Source: Candidatus Latescibacterota bacterium (lineage in GTDB: Bacteria > Latescibacterota > UBA2968 > GCA-2709665). Taken from it: a DNA stretch of 64,000 nt. Positions 58,112 through 64,000 of this stretch are shown piece by piece. The stretch spans positions 4,096,001 to 4,160,000 of the forward strand of contig OZ241917.1 in assembly GCA_965203805.1 (NCBI GenBank), given 5' to 3'. The first letter of the stretch is position 1, and every line of letters starts with the position of its first letter. The position numbers and the translations under genes are program-made. The notes under the pieces were generated by a model that had not been told where the DNA came from, did not search any database, and saw only the letters and a list, made by a program, of their open reading frames with translations.

Positions 58112-59491
58112 GTGGGAAAGAGTGAAGAACTGCGGCGCATCGCCATCGTCGGCGGAGGCATATCGGGTCTGGGGGCCGCGTGGGCGCTGCATTGTCACCC
58201 GGACCGGTTCGATTTCCGGCTTTTCGAGGCTGAGGATAGGATCGGCGGGAATGCGATTACAGCGGATATGCCGCAGGATGACGGCGCCGCCATTCCCTTC
58301 GACATTTCCGTCACCGCCTGTATTCCATCGATATATCGGCACATCCTGCTCCTGATGGCGTCGTTCGGCATTGATCTGGTCGATACCAGATTCAGCTACA
58401 GCGTAAGGTATCGCGGCGGCATCTACGCCCACGATTTCGACTCCGATATCAGAAAGCAGTTGCAATTCGAGATCGCAAAGTTCCAGCGGCTTCTGTCACG
58501 ACTGCATGGGTTCGGCAGGCTGACCCGCTCCCGGTCAAGATTTCTGAACGCCCTCAATCCGTTCAACTACGTCAGCATGGAGACGGTCCTGAACTTTGCC
58601 GGGTTTTCCGGGGACTTCAGGTATAAGGTACTGAAGCCCATGTTTGTCAATTTCCTGATGGCGACCAACGTGTTCGATATGCCCGCAGCGCTCTTCTCGA
58701 GATATCTCGATTTCTTCAATATCGAAACCGCCACGCCCATGCAGACGTGGGATCAGGGAACGCGACGCATCTACGAGAACCTGGCCGCTGGCTTTCGGGA
58801 CAGGATTTGCCTCAACCGTCCTGTCCGGAAGGTGTTCCGCGGGTCGTCCCACGTTGTGGTCGAGGACGAGCATGGCGTTAAGGAGACGTTTGACGACGTG
58901 ATTTTCGCATGCAATGCGAACCAGACGCTGATGATGCTCGACAGACCCTCGATGCTGGAGCGCTATATTCTCTCCTCAATACGATACGAGAGCGAACTCC
59001 ACAACCATACGATCGTCCACTCCGACGCGTCGGTACTTCCGAATAACGAAGTGAAACCCCTCACAACGCGGAGCAATCACATCGAACAATACGGCGCCAG
59101 ACCGGACAACTATGAAATCACGTATATCATGCACAACCAGCAACCGTGGGCGAACCGGTCCGACCGGCCCTGTCTGGTGACCTACAACCCGATCAGCCGG
59201 ATCGATTCACGAAAGATCATCGGCAGGTGGTGGTTTCAGCATATTGTCCACGATGTGCGCCACGTTGCCTGGCTCGTTCCCCTGTTCCGCTTCATTCAGG
59301 GCAGGAAACGGACCTGGCACTGCGGCGCCCATACGCTGGTCAACAGCCAGGAGACCTGCTTTGTGAGCGGGCTCGCGACCGCAACACAGATCGGCGCGGA
59401 CTACCCCTTCGACGATTCAGAGGCAAAGCGGTGGTTCAACTATTACGGGAACATCATGTATGGCTGGAGGTTCAGGAAAGCGAGGGGCTGA
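58112..59491 (+). CDS. FAD-dependent oxidoreductase (COG2907-like NAD/FAD-binding protein)
   Basis: IAIVGGGISGLGAAWAL, FEAEDRIGGNA, FDDVIFAC, IQGRKRTWHCGA. Confidence 0.85.
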   Translation: MGKSEELRRIAIVGGGISGLGAAWALHCHPDRFDFRLFEAEDRIGGNAITADMPQDDGAAIPFDISVTACIPSIYRHILLLMASFGIDLVDTRFSYSVRYRGGIYAHDFDSDIRKQLQFEIAKFQRLLSRLHGFGRLTRSRSRFLNALNPFNYVSMETVLNFAGFSGDFRYKVLKPMFVNFLMATNVFDMPAALFSRYLDFFNIETATPMQTWDQGTRRIYENLAAGFRDRICLNRPVRKVFRGSSHVVVEDEHGVKETFDDVIFACNANQTLMMLDRPSMLERYILSSIRYESELHNHTIVHSDASVLPNNEVKPLTTRSNHIEQYGARPDNYEITYIMHNQQPWANRSDRPCLVTYNPISRIDSRKIIGRWWFQHIVHDVRHVAWLVPLFRFIQGRKRTWHCGAHTLVNSQETCFVSGLATATQIGADYPFDDSEAKRWFNYYGNIMYGWRFRKARG

Positions 59492-59619
59492 AGACGACGG
59501 AAGACCGTTGAGAAAAGACGGAGTTAATGCGAAGATTTGCGGATACGCGATGAAGGTTGACAATAAAGGGCTGCGAAATATTCCGGTGCTTCGCTGAGCA
59601 ACAGAAGAAACAGTTCGTC

Positions 59620-59640
59620 GCACAAACTGACAGTTTGCGC
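59620..59640. repeat. Palindromic repeat GC(A/G)CAAACTGACAGTTTGCGC, copy 1
   Basis: Near-identical to 63652-63672; both intergenic. Confidence 0.75.
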
Positions 59641-59702
59641 TGCGGTGGGTGGGTCGGTGTCATTGACGTTTCTGCTTTTGGCTGACTGCTAACCGCTGAT
59701 GG

Positions 59703-60767
59703 CTAACTGCTACCGGGATAAAACTGCCGGCAATAGCGACGGTAGGTTCCGATAGGACCGTCGGAACGGCACAACCTGGGGGGCGACCGATGCCGTTTCT
59801 TCTCCCAGATCACCACGTCCTGCAGCACGTCCCGTTTCTGCTGTGACAGCAGAATATGATTCATCAGCCTCTGGCGCAGCTTCGAAGGGACGAATCCCAG
59901 GCCCGTAATGAACCGCCGGGGCTTTCGTAATTCTCTCAGCTGGCCGGCCAGAACGAGATCGATGACGTCGCCGTCGACAGGTGTCGGAAGGACCCACAAT
60001 CTCGCGTGCATATCGATGGTTTTCTCGTGGACCTCGACGAAAGAGTAGCCCAGACCATGGACGTGGGTTATCGCGGAGACTTCATACTCGAGGTCCTTTA
60101 CACCCAGGATACTGCGAACGCGTTTGAAGTCGAAACAACTCTTCAGGTAGGCGCCGTCCACAGTTACCGAGCCGACCGGATTCACGTTGTCGTATCCGTG
60201 AACGTAGCGCAGGTGTCCCACGTCAACTGAGTTCTCGCCCGTTTCCTGGGGATGGCTGCGAAACCGGAGGCGCCGGAATCCCAGCTTGCTCCATTCCGGG
60301 CCGGTTGGCGGATCATCCGGAAGGTCCCATTGCGAAGGGCGGCCGCCGCTTCCGTACCAGGCGAAGACCATGCCGAGGATCTCACTGGTCTCGTAGACCT
60401 GTAACCTGGCGGCCTTTGCCGCAGGTGCGTACGGCGTCGCAACGCATTGGCCGGTCGTATCGAATTCAAAGCCGTGAAACGGACAGACGAGGCGCCCCTC
60501 GCATACCTTGCCGCCGACCTCCGGCCCGAGGGACGAGCCCAGGTGCGGGCAGATGGAGTCGGCCACGCAGATACGCCCTTCTTCGTCGCACCAGGCGACG
60601 ATTTCCTCGCCCATCCACGTCTTCTCAATCAGTTTCTCTCGAAGAAGGGACTGCCGCGTCGTTACCAGGTACCACCCTTCGGGGAACGGAGGCAGATGAT
60701 CGGCTCCCGCCCTCCCCGGCCGGTCGATTGTACCTGGCTGCGACTCTCGTGACCCTGTTGTAGACAT
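59703..60767 (-). CDS. Rieske (2Fe-2S) oxygenase/desaturase, KshA/Neverland-like
   Basis: FPEGWY, CPHLG..CPFHG, mononuclear iron motif ENSVDVGHLRYVH, QDVVIWEKK, DGPIG.YRRY. Confidence 0.88.
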   Translation of the reverse strand: MSTTGSRESQPGTIDRPGRAGADHLPPFPEGWYLVTTRQSLLREKLIEKTWMGEEIVAWCDEEGRICVADSICPHLGSSLGPEVGGKVCEGRLVCPFHGFEFDTTGQCVATPYAPAAKAARLQVYETSEILGMVFAWYGSGGRPSQWDLPDDPPTGPEWSKLGFRRLRFRSHPQETGENSVDVGHLRYVHGYDNVNPVGSVTVDGAYLKSCFDFKRVRSILGVKDLEYEVSAITHVHGLGYSFVEVHEKTIDMHARLWVLPTPVDGDVIDLVLAGQLRELRKPRRFITGLGFVPSKLRQRLMNHILLSQQKRDVLQDVVIWEKKRHRSPPRLCRSDGPIGTYRRYCRQFYPGSS

Positions 60768-60783
60768 TGGAATCCCTTGTGTG

Positions 60784-62067
60784 CTACCACGCCGTCAGCG
60801 CGTCTTTAAAGAGCGCCGCCAGGTCCTCTTTGCCGGCGGGCCTCGGCGACAGCTTGGTCACCCGGTGCTGGGGCAGCGTGCCGTCCACCAGCGCCGGCAC
60901 ATCGGCTTCCGTAAAACCGATTGCCGAAAGTCCGTTGGGCATTTCAAGCCGCTTCATCAGGACGACGATGCGGTCCGCCAGCAGCTCGCCTGCCTCGGTT
61001 TCGGGATTCGTGACTGAGGATACCTCTCCTCCGAGCAATTCCGCGGCTTTCAGATGCCGGTCGGGGCAGGCCGGACCCGTAAACCGAAAAGACGCCGGGG
61101 CATTCAGGAAGACCGACATTCCGTGCGGTACGATGGGATGATGGCTCACCATGCCCTCGGGCTTGTAATCCCGTACCATCCCGGACACGGGATAGGACAT
61201 TCCGTGAGGCAGGTGAACGCCCGCGTTGCCGAACCCCATCCCCGCCATACTCGACGCCAGGATCATGTTCGACCGTGCCTCGTCGTCCTCCGGGTCCGCC
61301 ACCGCGCGCACGATGTTTTCCGCGACCAGTTCGATGGCTCTGATCGCCCACATGTCGCTGATGGGATTTGTGCCCTGATAGGCCGGGCGCAGAATCGGCC
61401 GTTCGGGCAGCGGTCGCTGATCGTACGGAATCGCCGTATATGACTCGAGGGCGTGGCACAGCACGTCCAGGCCCGTGGATGCCGCGACAACCGGCGGCAT
61501 CGTCCGTGTATTCTCGGGGTCCACGATGCCCAGCGTCGGCTTCAAACGGCGGTGCGCGATTCCGGTTTTGACGTGTTTTTCGGAGATATCGAAGATGGTA
61601 ACTCCGGTTGTCTCGCTGCCCGTTCCGGCGGTTGTGGGAATCGCAATCAGCGGCTTGAGCGCCCCGGGTACCGGCTTGCCGCTGCCAATGGGTGCGTTCA
61701 CATAGGCGTAGAAATCGTCTGGGTACGTGGAATACAGATTTGCGGCCTTTGCCGTATCGATCGAGGAGCCCCCGCCCACCGCGACAAACGCGTCGAAGTT
61801 TCCGTCCAATGCAAAGTCGATCGCCTGCTGAAATGACACGTCTGTCGGCTCTACGCGGACCCGATCGTAAAGCGCGTAATCGACGCCCTCGCGCTTCAGA
61901 GCGTCGACCGCCGTCCGCACCGGGTGCAGGTCCACCAGGTTGGGGTCGGTGAGCAGCATCACCCGCCCGACGCCAAGTTCGGACAGGTCCATGCCCACTT
62001 CCCGTGTGGCGCCCGGGCCGAACCGCAGATTCGACGTTCCCATCTCGAACGCGAAATCGGTCTGCAT
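60784..62067 (-). CDS. Hydroxyacid-oxoacid transhydrogenase (Fe-ADH family, ADHFE1-like)
   Basis: GGGSSIDTAK, PTTAGTGSE, RPAYQGTNP, GVHLPHGMSYPVSG, VPHG. Confidence 0.92.
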   Translation of the reverse strand: MQTDFAFEMGTSNLRFGPGATREVGMDLSELGVGRVMLLTDPNLVDLHPVRTAVDALKREGVDYALYDRVRVEPTDVSFQQAIDFALDGNFDAFVAVGGGSSIDTAKAANLYSTYPDDFYAYVNAPIGSGKPVPGALKPLIAIPTTAGTGSETTGVTIFDISEKHVKTGIAHRRLKPTLGIVDPENTRTMPPVVAASTGLDVLCHALESYTAIPYDQRPLPERPILRPAYQGTNPISDMWAIRAIELVAENIVRAVADPEDDEARSNMILASSMAGMGFGNAGVHLPHGMSYPVSGMVRDYKPEGMVSHHPIVPHGMSVFLNAPASFRFTGPACPDRHLKAAELLGGEVSSVTNPETEAGELLADRIVVLMKRLEMPNGLSAIGFTEADVPALVDGTLPQHRVTKLSPRPAGKEDLAALFKDALTAW

Positions 62068-62269
62068 CAGATTCTCCTGTTACCGGAATGGGCGACAAAA
62101 AGGTCCGAAACGACGTGAAGCTTTACATCCTGCCCGACACGCCCGGGCTTGTAATTTTAAGAAAATGCACGGATGGAGGCAAGGATAACGGCGGAAACGC
62201 AGGGCGAATGACAAAGCCTGCCAATGTGTTTTACTGGCAGGCCGTTGACAACGTTATTGATGTTATGGA

Positions 62270-62503
62270 CTATTTCTCATTGAGTTTTGCTTCGTTTGCG
62301 GCGATGCGTTCTCCGAAGGAGTCCAGGCGTGCATCTATTCTTTCTAATTTCCTATCGACGGTATCAAATTTCGTTTCCATCTTATCTTCCAATCTGTCTA
62401 TTCTCTGATTGATTCCGGAGGAAAAGTTCCACAGCAGACCCCAGATGGCCAATAGCAAAAGTACCAATCGCATATTGTCTTCGTTGAAGATTTTCTCATT
62501 CAT
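62270..62503 (-). CDS. Small membrane-anchored coiled-coil hypothetical protein
   Basis: TM segment RLVLLLLAIWGLLW then heptad-like RIDRLEDKMETKFDTVDRKLERIDARLD; AT-richer than neighbours. Confidence 0.7.
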   Translation of the reverse strand: MNEKIFNEDNMRLVLLLLAIWGLLWNFSSGINQRIDRLEDKMETKFDTVDRKLERIDARLDSFGERIAANEAKLNEK

Positions 62504-62721
62504 GTCGTACATCCATTCTGGACAAAAAAGTACGTCGAAGAGGTGCATTTTGTCAAGCGGAAAGGTTATAATACAGATGCCACAGAACCAGACATCCGCA
62601 CTTGATCCCGTGTACCGCGTTTTGGGGGAAATCATCGGGATGGGATTGACTTCAGACGTTGATCCGGTATCTTGTCTACGTGGATCCGTCCCTCTCTCCC
62701 CAAGGACCCGGGGTATCCTGA

Positions 62722-63621
62722 ATGGCAGAATTCGATGCGATCTCCAGGCATCTGATTCAAAACTACCCCGACGAGTTTGCCGGCTTCTCCCTCGGGCGAG
62801 AGGACGTTGAAGTTCTTGAAGTCATTGACACCGCGCAACCCACTGTCTCTGCAAGTCAAGCGGACAGTCTCATTCGCGTCCGGATCGACGGCCGCGAGGC
62901 ATTGGTCCACAACGAATTTCAGACGACAGACAGCACGAATCCGCCCATGCCCCGTCGCATGGCCGGCTACGTGGGCCGCGCCATTGAACGTCATGGCGTG
63001 CCGGTTTTTTCCAGCGTAATCTACCTGCGTCCCAACGCGGGAAAACGGGATCCGGGACAGTATTCGCAGTCACATCCCGGCCATCGGGTGCTTGTGGAGT
63101 ACAGGGTGATTCGGCTGAGTGAACTGGATGGTCAAGGCGTCCTTGACGCCGGACACACGGGGCTGATCGCGTTCGCGCCATTGATGAAACCGCCTGAAGG
63201 GATGGCTTCACGACCGTGGTTGCGTCGTTGTATTCAAACGGCTCACGCGAGGCCCATGGCTCCGCCGGCTAAAGCTGATTGCCTGGCCGGCATGTCGTTG
63301 CTCAGCGGATTGGTATACGCGCCGGAAACCATTTCTGCCATCATCTTGAAGGAGGGCATTATGGATCTAATACGCGAATCGTCCTTTGCCCAATACCTTA
63401 CCCGTCAAGGCATCGAACAAGGGATCGAGCAGGGACTCCGGGAGAGCATTCTGGCCGTCCTGGAGATTCGATTCGATCTCTCTGCGTCGCATCCCCTGGC
63501 GGCTCGCATTGCCGTGGTTGACGACGCGCAACGTCTAAAGGCGTTGCACCGCGCGGCGGTCCAGGTATCCAGCGTCAAGGCGTTTGTTCAGTTGTTGGAT
63601 CAGGAACAGGACTCATCTTGA
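62722..63621 (+). CDS. Rpn/YhgA-like PD-(D/E)xK protein (recombination-promoting nuclease/putative transposase family)
   Basis: ADSLI...LVHNEFQT, MPRRMAGY, VIYL, YRVIRL, C-terminal QGIEQGIEQG and LEIRF. Confidence 0.82.
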   Translation: MAEFDAISRHLIQNYPDEFAGFSLGREDVEVLEVIDTAQPTVSASQADSLIRVRIDGREALVHNEFQTTDSTNPPMPRRMAGYVGRAIERHGVPVFSSVIYLRPNAGKRDPGQYSQSHPGHRVLVEYRVIRLSELDGQGVLDAGHTGLIAFAPLMKPPEGMASRPWLRRCIQTAHARPMAPPAKADCLAGMSLLSGLVYAPETISAIILKEGIMDLIRESSFAQYLTRQGIEQGIEQGLRESILAVLEIRFDLSASHPLAARIAVVDDAQRLKALHRAAVQVSSVKAFVQLLDQEQDSS

Positions 63622-63651
63622 ATCGGCAAAGACACCAAACCACCGGCCATT

Positions 63652-63672
63652 GCGCAAACTGACAGTTTGCGC
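63652..63672. repeat. Palindromic repeat GCGCAAACTGACAGTTTGCGC, copy 2
   Basis: Palindrome matching 59620-59640; followed by a second palindrome ACTCCCCCTTGAGGGGGAGT-like at about 63685-63706. Confidence 0.75.
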
Positions 63673-64000
63673 TACTTCGCGGTCACTCCCCCCTTGAGGG
63701 GGAGTCGGCAAGCCAGGGGCGCCAGCCCACGAGCGCGCCGGTGGGGGGCTTCAGCCTGCCCGGTGGTATTCCGCACAGGCGGGCGTGAGGCCTTCCTCGA
63801 ATATGGACAGGTTACTGGCCGGACATCCGCTGCGAAACGGCGTGTGTCGTAACGCCGTGACCCTGAAGATATTTCCTTGTCTTTCGGCTATACGCCGTGT
63901 AACAGGATAGCTGTTTTTTCTCTTCACGTCCAGCTTCGCCGGCGAAAACCATCCGCTCAAATTCCCAAGGAATGATCCACATAAGTTCAACATTTACAGT

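Overview
Bacterial chromosomal window, probably from a marine-sponge symbiont (inferred from a SupA-type polyketide synthase). About 1-17.6 kb is a visibly less GC-rich defence island. A Type I R-M locus (5'-truncated hsdS, hsdR, duplicated M48 peptidase) is interrupted between hsdS and hsdR by a five-gene operon (SLATT membrane protein, TGT-like, OGG-like glycosylase, QueC-like, TIR/ThsB-like) and an ABC-type ATPase + PIN pair. These are followed by an orphan RHH antitoxin, an N6-MTase + PD-(D/E)xK pair, an hsdR remnant and a DUF1828 gene. The five-gene operon is the best candidate for a new system: it carries the Cap9/Cap10/Cap11 accessory trio of type IV CBASS, but has no CD-NTase and instead a TIR protein starting MGGIGSG, a plausible N-terminal deazaguanylation substrate. 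The GC-rich remainder holds a STAS gene and an NCS2 permease fused to an RsbW-like domain, the sup PKS cluster, a TonB-dependent receptor and an ADP-ribosylglycohydrolase. It also holds trpS followed by an apparent Trp attenuator and a degenerate TrpRS paralogue, hemB, a heparinase II/III protein, an SSS transporter, an RND efflux operon, a GPP34-P450 fusion with FAD and Rieske oxidoreductases, a hydroxyacid-oxoacid transhydrogenase and an Rpn-like gene with a probable internal start. No CRISPR array, rRNA, tRNA or integrase was recognised. All calls come from motif reading by eye; no searches were run.
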